From: Acholeplasma sp.
Lineage (GTDB): Bacteria; Bacillota_I; Bacilli_A; Acholeplasmatales; UBA5453
Assembly: GCA_036677365.1 (NCBI GenBank)
Contig: JAVBWN010000027.1
Coordinates: 1 to 64,000 of the forward strand
Length of the DNA: 64,000 nt
Reading direction: 5' to 3'
The translations under genes were made by a program, and so were the position numbers. Of the stretch, positions 40,153-48,996 are shown one piece after another. Numbering within the stretch: position 1 is the stretch's first letter; the number at the start of each line of letters is the position of its first letter. The notes beneath the pieces were generated by a model. The model did not search any database, had not been told where the DNA came from, and saw nothing but the letters and a program-made list of their open reading frames with translations.

Positions 40153-41129
40153 TCGCTAAACTCAAAGACCGCGTCGGTGACCAACACCATCGCAAAGTCA
40201 AAATTAAAAAACTCTTATTAGGGATGAATTTGACCGATGGTTTATTATTCAAAATAGCCATCTATACCTTACTCATCAGTTTCGCTTATGTATACTTATA
40301 TCCACTTTTATTCATGTTGGTCAACTCATTTAAAACGGTAGATGACCTCATTGACCCAGGTGTCAAATGGATTCCAACCACCATCGAAATTGAAAACTAT
40401 AACCGTGCATTCAAAGTATTGGCGTTGCCAAGATCGATTTTTGGTACTTTGGGTTATGTCCTTAAAGTGTCCATCGCATCGACAGTCACTTCCGCTTTGG
40501 TGGGTTATGGATTCGCAAAATTCGAATTTCCATTCAAAAAGACTTTATTCGTCTTGATGTTGGCAACCTTCATTTTGCCACCACAAGTGACCATGGTTAC
40601 CAACATTGAAATCTTCAATGCTTTAGGCAAGAGTGTTCCATTTGTTTGGATTGGTGGGTTCATGAGTTCACAAAACGCCATGTTCTTCCCAGCTTTATTT
40701 GGTCAAGGCTTGAATCAATCGATTTTCATTTTGATTTTCTATCAATTTTTCAAAACCATTCCACAAGTATTGATGGAATCGGCTGAAATTGATGGTGCAG
40801 GTCAGTTCAAAATTTTCACCAAAATCGCATTACCATCAGCCATACCTTCGATTGTGATCGTTTTCCTTTTCGCAACCGTTTGGTATTGGAATGAAACGTT
40901 TATGACCGCGCTTTATGTCGGTGGTAACGTGACGATGCCTTTACGTTTAGTACAGTTTGTATCGTCGTATGAAACATTATATCCGCCTGGAACCCTCGGT
41001 TCTGAACTCAATGAAGCCATTCGTTTGGCTGGTAACATGGTTTCCATTTTGCCATTGTTGTTGCTCTATTTCGTCGCACAAAAACAATTCACTGAAAGTA
41101 TTGACCGTACTGGTATCACAGGTGAGTAA
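40143..41129 (+). CDS. Carbohydrate ABC permease (second MalG-like)
   Basis: MESAEIDGAG; VWYWNE; QKQFTESIDRTGITG. Confidence 0.93.
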   Translation: MGLIAKLKDRVGDQHHRKVKIKKLLLGMNLTDGLLFKIAIYTLLISFAYVYLYPLLFMLVNSFKTVDDLIDPGVKWIPTTIEIENYNRAFKVLALPRSIFGTLGYVLKVSIASTVTSALVGYGFAKFEFPFKKTLFVLMLATFILPPQVTMVTNIEIFNALGKSVPFVWIGGFMSSQNAMFFPALFGQGLNQSIFILIFYQFFKTIPQVLMESAEIDGAGQFKIFTKIALPSAIPSIVIVFLFATVWYWNETFMTALYVGGNVTMPLRLVQFVSSYETLYPPGTLGSELNEAIRLAGNMVSILPLLLLYFVAQKQFTESIDRTGITGE

Positions 41130-41140
41130 GGAGGCATGAG

Positions 41141-42253
41141 ATGAAAAAAATCAATTTACTCGTATTATTTGTGCTGGCCATCGTTTTGGTCGCATGTACA
41201 AAAGAACCCAGTCTACCCCCGTTGGAAAGTGCTGAAGATTGCAACGAAAAAACACTCGAAGGTGGTTGGGTGTGTGTTTGGGCCGATGAATTTGAAGGCA
41301 CAGAAGTCGATTTAACCAAGTGGACGTATGAAGTCAATGGCTATGGTGGCGGTAACAATGAGTTACAATACTACACCGCAGACAACACGGTGGTTCAAGA
41401 TTCCATATTAAGCATCATCGCGAAGAAAGAAGTTTATTTAGGCAAACAATATACCTCTAGCCGTATCGTATCCAAATACAAAGGGGATTGGACCTATGGT
41501 CGTTTCATCATTCGTGCGAAGAACCCAGTGGGTGGCGGTACATGGCCTGCCATTTGGATGATGCCAACCATGAATGCATATGGTGGTTGGCCAAAGAGCG
41601 GTGAAATTGACATCATGGAATATGTGGGCAATAACCCAACCAAAGTTTCGGGTACAGTCCATACTGAAATCCGTAATGGTGGCAACACCCCAGTCCGTGA
41701 ATATACTTTACCAACCGCGAATTCTGAATTTCACAACTATGAAGTTCAATGGGAACCAGGCACCATCCGTTGGTATGTCGATGGTGTAAAATTCAATGAA
41801 GTTATTTACACCCCACAATTCACCCAACAATACAAATACAATCAAGTTTTCCCATTTGATCAAAACTTCTTCATGATTTTGAATCTAGCAATTGGTGGTA
41901 CTTTGGGTGGTAATGTCGATGATTCGATTTTCCCTACCGCTTTTGAAGTCGATTATGTCCGCGTTTATCAACGTGATTATGGTCAAATCGATAAAGAAGC
42001 CCCATCAAAAGTGACGGATATCAGCTTACAACAACTCGCCAATACGATATATTGGAAGCGTCCAGATGATGATTTTGGCGTCGAAAAGTTCAACATTTAT
42101 ATCGATGGTGAATTTAAAGGGGTTGCAAGACTCAATCAATTCACATTTGGTGGCTTAACCAAGGGACAAACCTACAGCATTCGCATTGAAGCGGTTGACT
42201 TTAGAGGTCGTGTTTCTAAATTGAGTGAACCATTCAGCTTTACATTTCAATAA
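41141..42253 (+). CDS. GH16 beta-1,3-glucanase lipoprotein with C-terminal FN3 domain
   Basis: Lipobox LVAC; GNNELQYY; WPAIWM; WPKSGEIDIME; FN3 pattern W..P.DD..V..F...GLT.G.TY.I. Confidence 0.92.
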   Translation: MKKINLLVLFVLAIVLVACTKEPSLPPLESAEDCNEKTLEGGWVCVWADEFEGTEVDLTKWTYEVNGYGGGNNELQYYTADNTVVQDSILSIIAKKEVYLGKQYTSSRIVSKYKGDWTYGRFIIRAKNPVGGGTWPAIWMMPTMNAYGGWPKSGEIDIMEYVGNNPTKVSGTVHTEIRNGGNTPVREYTLPTANSEFHNYEVQWEPGTIRWYVDGVKFNEVIYTPQFTQQYKYNQVFPFDQNFFMILNLAIGGTLGGNVDDSIFPTAFEVDYVRVYQRDYGQIDKEAPSKVTDISLQQLANTIYWKRPDDDFGVEKFNIYIDGEFKGVARLNQFTFGGLTKGQTYSIRIEAVDFRGRVSKLSEPFSFTFQ

Positions 42254-42259
42254 AAAATG

Positions 42260-42293
42260 AAAACCGTTAAGTCGATAGGACCTAACGGTTTTT
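42260..42293. terminator. Bidirectional terminator ending the glucan operon and ppi
   Basis: AAAACCGTTA...TAACGGTTTT. Confidence 0.85.
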
Positions 42294-42295
42294 CT

Positions 42296-42820
42296 TTAGA
42301 CATATTGAGGTTTTGGATAAGCGATGCCTTTTAAATCGATGGTGACCGATTCAATCAAGATGTCTTGATGCGGTTTATCGCTGTAATCCCTTGGACTCCT
42401 GACAATCGCATCGACAACTTCGATGCCCTTGGTGACGATACCAAAAGCAGCATAAGCACCATCGAGGTGTGGTGAGGCTTTATGCATGATGAAGAATTGT
42501 CCAGTGGCTGAGTTCGGATTGCTGGTTCGCGCCATGGAGATGACGCCGCGTTCGTGAAGCAATGGGTTAGCAAAGCCGTTTTGTTTAAATTCACCACGGA
42601 TGGGTTTAAGTTCACTGCCCCAGCCCCCTTGAATCATGAAATTGGGAATAATTCGATGGAATTTAAGGCCTGTGTAATAACCGCGTTCAACCAGATCGAT
42701 GAAGTTATGAACGGTATTGGGTGCGACCTCAGGAAATAAGGCTAATTCGATGGTGCCGAAATCTTTGACCACCATAACCACCTGTGGATTTTTTGGATTT
42801 AGATAAGTCTCGTATGACAT
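42296..42820 (-). CDS. Cyclophilin-type peptidyl-prolyl isomerase
   Basis: FHRIIPNFMIQGG; SMAR; QFFI; HLDGAYAAFG. Confidence 0.95.
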   Translation of the reverse strand: MSYETYLNPKNPQVVMVVKDFGTIELALFPEVAPNTVHNFIDLVERGYYTGLKFHRIIPNFMIQGGWGSELKPIRGEFKQNGFANPLLHERGVISMARTSNPNSATGQFFIMHKASPHLDGAYAAFGIVTKGIEVVDAIVRSPRDYSDKPHQDILIESVTIDLKGIAYPKPQYV

Positions 42821-42952
42821 GATGATACCTCCATTGGTTTCATTATACTAAATGGCTATGGTTTTGTCATCTATTGGATTTCCATAGCATTTTAGCCTTA
42901 ATTATTATATAATTAGTATGTTGAAAATATTTCTATAGATGAAGGGGAACCT

Positions 42953-43675
42953 ATGGCTAAATTTAAACTGGCTTTTGAAGAAAACTTTGATTATACTGGG
43001 CAGCCTGACCCAGCGGTATGGACATATCAGGTCGGACCCAAATGGGCAAACAATGAAAAACAATGTTACGTCGATTTTAAAGAAAATTGTTTTGTCAAAG
43101 ATGGTGCATTAAATATCATCGCGACCAAAACCAATGACCCAGGGTGTCCATACCACTCGGCAAGATTGATGACTAAAGATAAAAAACACTTTCAATATGG
43201 TCGTTTTGTCGTTAGAGCGAAGATGCCACAAGGGCGTGGGGCATGGCCTGCAGTTTGGTTTTTAGGCACGACGAAAGAACACCGATGGCCAGCGATGGGT
43301 GAAATCGATTTATTGGAATTTGCAGGTAATCGTAAAAACCAAGTGACGTGTGCCATTCATACGCAAACCTATAACCACAAGATCGATACACATAAAGGGG
43401 CAACCCACAAAATGACCGACTTAGAGGGACAATTCCACGATTATATCTTAGAATGGACACCCGACTATTTATCATTTCAAGTCGATTATCATGAAATTCT
43501 TAAAGTCGAAAAACAACCGAACGATACATTTGCTGAGTGGCCATTTGATCAACCCTACTACATGATTGTCAATCTCGCTGTGGGTGGTTGGTATGCGGGT
43601 GAAATCGTGGATAAAGATTTACCATTTCACTTTGAAGTAGCTTTCATTCGCCATTATGAGCTTATAGAAGCATAA
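42953..43675 (+). CDS. GH16 beta-1,3-glucanase-like protein, cytoplasmic
   Basis: WANNEKQ; WPAVW; WPAMGEIDLLE; VNLAVGG; no signal peptide. Confidence 0.9.
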   Translation: MAKFKLAFEENFDYTGQPDPAVWTYQVGPKWANNEKQCYVDFKENCFVKDGALNIIATKTNDPGCPYHSARLMTKDKKHFQYGRFVVRAKMPQGRGAWPAVWFLGTTKEHRWPAMGEIDLLEFAGNRKNQVTCAIHTQTYNHKIDTHKGATHKMTDLEGQFHDYILEWTPDYLSFQVDYHEILKVEKQPNDTFAEWPFDQPYYMIVNLAVGGWYAGEIVDKDLPFHFEVAFIRHYELIEA

Positions 43676-43682
43676 AAGCCGT

Positions 43683-44915
43683 TTATTTAACGGCTTTTCT
43701 TTTTTTGATCCATTCTAAGCGTTCTTTTAGTGCTGTTTCGTAGGTGGAATCGTCTTTCGGTTCATAGTAATGTTTGTCTTTTAAATTGTCTGGTAAATAG
43801 GTTTGATCTACCATGGCATAGGGATAATTGTGCGGATACTTGTACAAAGAAGCGTCTCCTTTAATCTCTCGGTTGATGATGTGTTTTGGGATTGGTCCAG
43901 AGGCACCCTGTTGAAAATCTTCAATGGCATGGTCGAGTGCCTCAAGTGCAGTATTCGATTTAGGTGAAAGTGCACAATCGATGACAGCCACAGACAAAGG
44001 GATGCGGGCCTCAGGTAAACCAAGTTTAATCGCTGCGTCACAAGCCGCCATCACTTTTGGACCGATTTGAGGGTTGGCTAAGCCAATATCTTCATAAGCA
44101 ATGACCATCAAACGGCGGGTTAAGGATACCAAATCTTGCATCACGATGAGGCGTGCTAAGTAATGTAAACTCGCATCTACATCCGACCCTCGTATCGATT
44201 TTTGAAAAGCACTGAGTACTTCATAATAGTTATCCTGATCGCCATCGAGCTGTAAAACGGGTTTGCCGATGGCTAGTTTCGCAATCTTCGGCGTAATGAT
44301 GTCATAGTGTGTGAGCAATAATGTCGCCTCAAGCATGTTCAATGCGGTTCTGATTTCACCACCCGCGCTTTGAGCAATATACGCAAGGGTGTCTTTAGTG
44401 AGTGTAAGATGGGTATCGATTTCGTCTGATTTTAATGCGAGTTCCAAAACGTGGATGATGTCTTGTTCGGTGATGTCATTGAGCTGGTATATATGACAGC
44501 GTGATCGAATCGCTGGGTTGACGGTGATGTAGGGGTTATTGGTCGTCAAACCAATGATGGTAACCTTGCCTTCCTCGACGTAAGGCAATAAGTAATCTTG
44601 AATGTCTGTTTTCATTCGATGTATTTCATCGATGATCAATAGCACATCATGATAAGCCGTCATATCGATGATTTCTTTCAATCGTTGTTTTGAATCGGTG
44701 GCTGCTGAAAATTGGTAATCATCCAATTGGGCTTTTTGTGCTACCAAGGATGCAATCGTGGTTTTGCCTGTACCTGGGTTGCCATACAAAATAAAAGAGA
44801 TGAGTTTATTTTGATCAATCATGTGGGTAATGATGCCTTCTTTGCCAATCAAATGGTCTTGACCAACCACATCTTCAAATCGTGTTGGTCTTAGCCTGTG
44901 TGCGAGTGGTTTCAT
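43683..44915 (-). CDS. rarA: Replication-associated recombination protein A (RarA/MgsA)
   Basis: PLAHRLRP; GNPGTGKTT; IDEIHR; SAFQKSIRGSD; EDIGLANP; YKYPH. Confidence 0.95.
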   Translation of the reverse strand: MKPLAHRLRPTRFEDVVGQDHLIGKEGIITHMIDQNKLISFILYGNPGTGKTTIASLVAQKAQLDDYQFSAATDSKQRLKEIIDMTAYHDVLLIIDEIHRMKTDIQDYLLPYVEEGKVTIIGLTTNNPYITVNPAIRSRCHIYQLNDITEQDIIHVLELALKSDEIDTHLTLTKDTLAYIAQSAGGEIRTALNMLEATLLLTHYDIITPKIAKLAIGKPVLQLDGDQDNYYEVLSAFQKSIRGSDVDASLHYLARLIVMQDLVSLTRRLMVIAYEDIGLANPQIGPKVMAACDAAIKLGLPEARIPLSVAVIDCALSPKSNTALEALDHAIEDFQQGASGPIPKHIINREIKGDASLYKYPHNYPYAMVDQTYLPDNLKDKHYYEPKDDSTYETALKERLEWIKKRKAVK

Positions 44916-45014
44916 CCAATCAACTCCTTAATCATTTATGATTATAGCACATTATGCTTGCAAGCAGACGACCAACAAGGCTAAAATAGAAGCATCAAGA
45001 AAGGGTGTGTTCAT

Positions 45015-45791
45015 ATGTTAAGGTATTTTGAAACCATCATGGAGTCATTAAGAGGCAAACAAAACCCGATGGTTGACAAAACAGAGGGCATTTTTTATTT
45101 ATTCAGCAAAGAAGAAGGCATCGTTTCTGGATTGGATGAAATTCAAACATTGATCCAATTGTATGACATCGATATCGTATTTAGAAAACACAAGAACAAT
45201 GGACAATCCGTCAAACGTGGTGAGATTTTATGTTCTATGCAAGGTGAAAAAGATGCCATTTATTTAATCTTGCCGAGCCTCACCTATGTGGTTGGCAAGA
45301 TGATGGGGTTGGCCAGTTTGGTTCGGTTATACCAATCCAAACTACAAAACGCTGCCATCATCGATTTGGGTGAATTTTCAACATATGAAGCCGGGATTGC
45401 TACAAAAGCCATGAAAGATGGCGGTGCTGTCCAATTGGATTTATTTAAACTCGATGAAGTATTGTTGGATATGTATGGCAACCGTTCGATAGCGATTGAA
45501 AAAGCCAAACAAATTCAATCTAAGCCCGTAATGGTTGAAATTACAGACATCCAACAGTTTTATGAAATCGAATCTTCGAGCATCGATTTCATTTGCTTGA
45601 AGTATTTTAACGATGAAGCGATTCGCCGTGTTATTTTGGATAACCGTGGGAAGAAGCGATTGATCATTGGTGGCTTGATTTTGCCACAACGTTTAGATGT
45701 GATTGGTTCTTATCAATTTGATTATTTGCATACAACCTTGTTCACAAACGCCGCGAGAATCTATGATATCGGTGTGAAAGTTGGCGTTTAG
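45015..45791 (+). CDS. Divergent NadC/ModD-fold (type II phosphoribosyltransferase-like) protein lacking catalytic motifs
   Basis: KEEGIVSG; G..VKRGEI...G; MGLAS; AMKDGG; AIEKAK; VEI; DFICL; GGLI align in order with QPRTase, but the TRKT, HR, KDNH and LDN motifs are absent. Confidence 0.65.
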   Translation: MLRYFETIMESLRGKQNPMVDKTEGIFYLFSKEEGIVSGLDEIQTLIQLYDIDIVFRKHKNNGQSVKRGEILCSMQGEKDAIYLILPSLTYVVGKMMGLASLVRLYQSKLQNAAIIDLGEFSTYEAGIATKAMKDGGAVQLDLFKLDEVLLDMYGNRSIAIEKAKQIQSKPVMVEITDIQQFYEIESSSIDFICLKYFNDEAIRRVILDNRGKKRLIIGGLILPQRLDVIGSYQFDYLHTTLFTNAARIYDIGVKVGV

Positions 45792-45846
45792 TCTAGTAAA
45801 AACATGGTTTTTATAGTAAAATAATGATGTTACACGGAGGAATTAT

Positions 45847-46359
45847 ATGAACTTAAAAGATTACATCGCATCGATTGAAAATTTCCCAAAAGAAGGTATT
45901 TTATTTAGAGATATAACCCCGCTCATGCTCAATGGCGAAGCGTATAAATATGCCTGTGACCAAATGGTTGACTTTGCAAAGAAAGTTGGTGCAACCGTCA
46001 TCGTAGGTCCTGAAGCGCGCGGCTTCATTTTTGGTTGTCCTGTGGCTTATGCCTTGAATTTGGGTTTCGCACCTGTGAGAAAACCAGGGAAGTTACCCAG
46101 AGAAACCGTGACTGTTAAATACGATTTGGAGTATGGTTCGAATGAACTGTCCTTGCACGCTGACGCCGTTAAAAAAGGTGACCGTGTCCTCATCGTTGAT
46201 GACTTATTGGCGACCGGTGGTACGGTTGACGCAACCGTCCAACTCGTTGAAAAGTTGGGTGGCATCGTTGTGGGTGCTGCATTCTTTATTGAACTAGAAG
46301 CACTGAATGGCAGAGAAAGATTGTCTAAATATCCGATTTTTGCTTCATTGAAATACTAG
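45847..46359 (+). CDS. apt: Adenine phosphoribosyltransferase
   Basis: [39 protein letters not shown]. Confidence 0.97.
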   Translation: MNLKDYIASIENFPKEGILFRDITPLMLNGEAYKYACDQMVDFAKKVGATVIVGPEARGFIFGCPVAYALNLGFAPVRKPGKLPRETVTVKYDLEYGSNELSLHADAVKKGDRVLIVDDLLATGGTVDATVQLVEKLGGIVVGAAFFIELEALNGRERLSKYPIFASLKY

Positions 46360-46368
46360 GGTGATAGT

Positions 46369-48552
46369 TTGGAAACGTTGATGACATTCGAAAAATTAAT
46401 CGAAAATGTCAAGACTTACATCAGACGTGAAAGTGACTTGGCTAGACTTGAGGCGGCATATCAAATGTCGTCTTTTAAACATGCCAGTCAAACACGTAAA
46501 AGTGGTGCCCCGTACATCACCCACCCACTCGCCGTTGCCTATATATTGAGCGAGCTCTCTGCGGGTCCAAATACGCTCATCGCTGCATTATTGCACGATA
46601 CACTCGAAGATACCCAAACCACCTACGATGAAATCAGAACCCAATTTGGCGATGAAGTCGCACAATTGGTCGATGGGGTGACCAAGATTGGTAAACTCTC
46701 ATTCAATCAAGAGGTGTCACAAGCGGACAATCATCAGAAAATGCTACTTGCGATGGGCAAAGACATTCGTGTCGTCTTAATCAAAATTGCGGATCGATTG
46801 CATAACATGCGTACCATTCATTACCAGTCATCCGAAAAACAATTGAAGATTGCCAATGAAACGTTAGAGATTTACGCACCTCTCGCCCATCGATTGGGTC
46901 TATTTAAAATTAAAGCTGAACTCGAAGATTCCTCTTTGCGTATCGTCAATGGGCCATTTTATCATCGAATCAAACATTTGATTGAAAACCAAGAACAAAT
47001 TAAAAATGTGTCGATTGAACATATGATGAGTAAGATCAGAGAACACTTAGATGAACACCATGTGTCGCATTATCAAATCTCAGGTCGTACAAAAAACATT
47101 TACTCCATCTATAAAAAAATGACAAAACAAAACAAGGATTTTGAGGATATTTATGATATCTTAGCCATCCGTGTTATTGTCGATAAAATTGAAGACTGTT
47201 ATCAAGTATTGGGTGTCATTCATGCCCATTTCATTCCGATTCCAAAGCGCTTTAAAGACTATATCGCTGTACCTAAACCAAACATGTATCAATCCTTGCA
47301 TACGACCATCCTATCCGATGATGGGTCGATCTTTGAAGTTCAAATTCGCACCTATGAAATGGATAAAGTCGCTGAATATGGGATTGCTGCCCACTGGGCA
47401 TACAAAGAAAGTAAAGAATACTCCAAAGAAAAAGAACAATTTGAAATTGCTCAAAAATTGAAATGGTATGCCGATCTACTCAAAATGAGTGAAGATGCCG
47501 ATGACAAGAATGAAGGGGCCAATGAATTTGTTCAAACCGTCAAAAATGACATTTTGGATGCCAACGTATATGTATTCACACCCAAGGGCCAAGTGGTTGA
47601 ACTCACCAAAGGGTGCACACCCATCGACTTTGCTTACCGCATTCACTCAGATGTTGGTAACAAAATGGTTGGCGCATCGGTCAATAACCGAATTGTCCCT
47701 CTCGATTATGAATTACAAACCGGGGACATTGTTGCGATTAGAACGTCTAAAAACGTGACGGGTCCATCCGAAGACTGGCTTAAAATGGCCAAATCTTCCC
47801 ACGCAAGACATAAGATCAAAGGCTTTTTAAATAAACAGAACAAAGACAATTTACAACAAATGGGTAAGGACATGATTGAACGTGAAATCAATCCACTCAA
47901 ACTCGAATTGTCTCAAATCACCGATGATTTCGTTGCGAAACACTTTTCAAAGAACATGACCAATACGGTCGATGAGTTGTTTGTTGAAGTTGGTAAAGGC
48001 ATCATCAGTCCAAAAACAGTTGCAGCAAAATTATCCGGTAAAGAATTGGATAAAGAAACGATGTTGCAACGTCAACTCGACAAAGCCAAACGCATTTTGA
48101 CCACCAATCATGAATCGGGTCTGATTGTTGAAGGACTATCCACACCACAGATCAAAATCGCCAACTGTTGCTTACCTGTACCTGGGGACTCAATCGTAGG
48201 CTATGTTACCAAAGGTAGTGGCATCGCCGTTCACCATGAGAACTGCCCAAATGTCAAAAACCTCACTGAAATGCGCTTTGTTGATGTTTACTGGGCAACC
48301 AATATTACTAGAAAATACCCAACACGCATTCAAATCATTGGACAAAATCGGGATAATATCCTATCTGAAATCATTGCGACCATCAACGCAACTTCATTGA
48401 CCATCGCTGAAGTCAATGCCATCAGTAATGCAAGATTAGAAAGCATTACCACCTTAAAGATATTGACCAATAGTAAGTCCGAAATCGAAAATGTGATGGT
48501 CAACTTGATGAAAATCAACAACATTTATCACATAGAAAGAAGATTTAAATAA
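46369..48552 (+). CDS. rel: Bifunctional (p)ppGpp synthetase/hydrolase Rel
   Basis: HD domain LLHDTLED; ADRLHNMRT; RFKDY; YQSLHT; EVQIRT; TGS DFAY.IHS; CC.PVPGD; ACT domain. Confidence 0.97.
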   Translation: METLMTFEKLIENVKTYIRRESDLARLEAAYQMSSFKHASQTRKSGAPYITHPLAVAYILSELSAGPNTLIAALLHDTLEDTQTTYDEIRTQFGDEVAQLVDGVTKIGKLSFNQEVSQADNHQKMLLAMGKDIRVVLIKIADRLHNMRTIHYQSSEKQLKIANETLEIYAPLAHRLGLFKIKAELEDSSLRIVNGPFYHRIKHLIENQEQIKNVSIEHMMSKIREHLDEHHVSHYQISGRTKNIYSIYKKMTKQNKDFEDIYDILAIRVIVDKIEDCYQVLGVIHAHFIPIPKRFKDYIAVPKPNMYQSLHTTILSDDGSIFEVQIRTYEMDKVAEYGIAAHWAYKESKEYSKEKEQFEIAQKLKWYADLLKMSEDADDKNEGANEFVQTVKNDILDANVYVFTPKGQVVELTKGCTPIDFAYRIHSDVGNKMVGASVNNRIVPLDYELQTGDIVAIRTSKNVTGPSEDWLKMAKSSHARHKIKGFLNKQNKDNLQQMGKDMIEREINPLKLELSQITDDFVAKHFSKNMTNTVDELFVEVGKGIISPKTVAAKLSGKELDKETMLQRQLDKAKRILTTNHESGLIVEGLSTPQIKIANCCLPVPGDSIVGYVTKGSGIAVHHENCPNVKNLTEMRFVDVYWATNITRKYPTRIQIIGQNRDNILSEIIATINATSLTIAEVNAISNARLESITTLKILTNSKSEIENVMVNLMKINNIYHIERRFK

Positions 48553-48992
48553 TGCGCGCCGTCATTCAAAGGGTAACACGTGCCTCTGTCACGGTTTTAG
48601 ATTATCATCGTTCGATTGGCCTAGGGTATATGATTTTACTGGGTATCCATGTGGATGATACCGACGAAGATTACGACTACATGCTTAAGAAAATCTTAGC
48701 GTTACGCATCTTCGAAGACAGTGAAGGTAAAATGAATTTGAGTTTATCTCAAGTCAATGGCAGTATTTTACTTGTTTCTCAATTCACATTGTTGGGTTCT
48801 GTGAAAGGCAATAATCGGCCATCATTTACACAGAGTGCGAAGCCAGATAAAGCGCTTGCTTATTATGAAAAATTATATAATGATTTAAAACAATCGGTGC
48901 CTGTGGTAGAAAAAGGGTTGTTTGGTGAAGACATGACGATTGAACTTACCAACCAAGGCCCTGTCACCATCCTCATCGATACGAAGGAGTGA
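48552..48992 (+). CDS. dtd: D-aminoacyl-tRNA deacylase
   Basis: MRAVIQRV; SQFTL; NRPSF; NQGPVT. Confidence 0.97.
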   Translation: MRAVIQRVTRASVTVLDYHRSIGLGYMILLGIHVDDTDEDYDYMLKKILALRIFEDSEGKMNLSLSQVNGSILLVSQFTLLGSVKGNNRPSFTQSAKPDKALAYYEKLYNDLKQSVPVVEKGLFGEDMTIELTNQGPVTILIDTKE

Positions 48993-48996
48993 TCCG

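Noticed and set aside
45015..45791. Calling this gene functional nadC, or a pseudogene
   Set aside because: Catalytic motifs are missing, so not nadC; the ORF is intact with expression signals, so not a pseudogene
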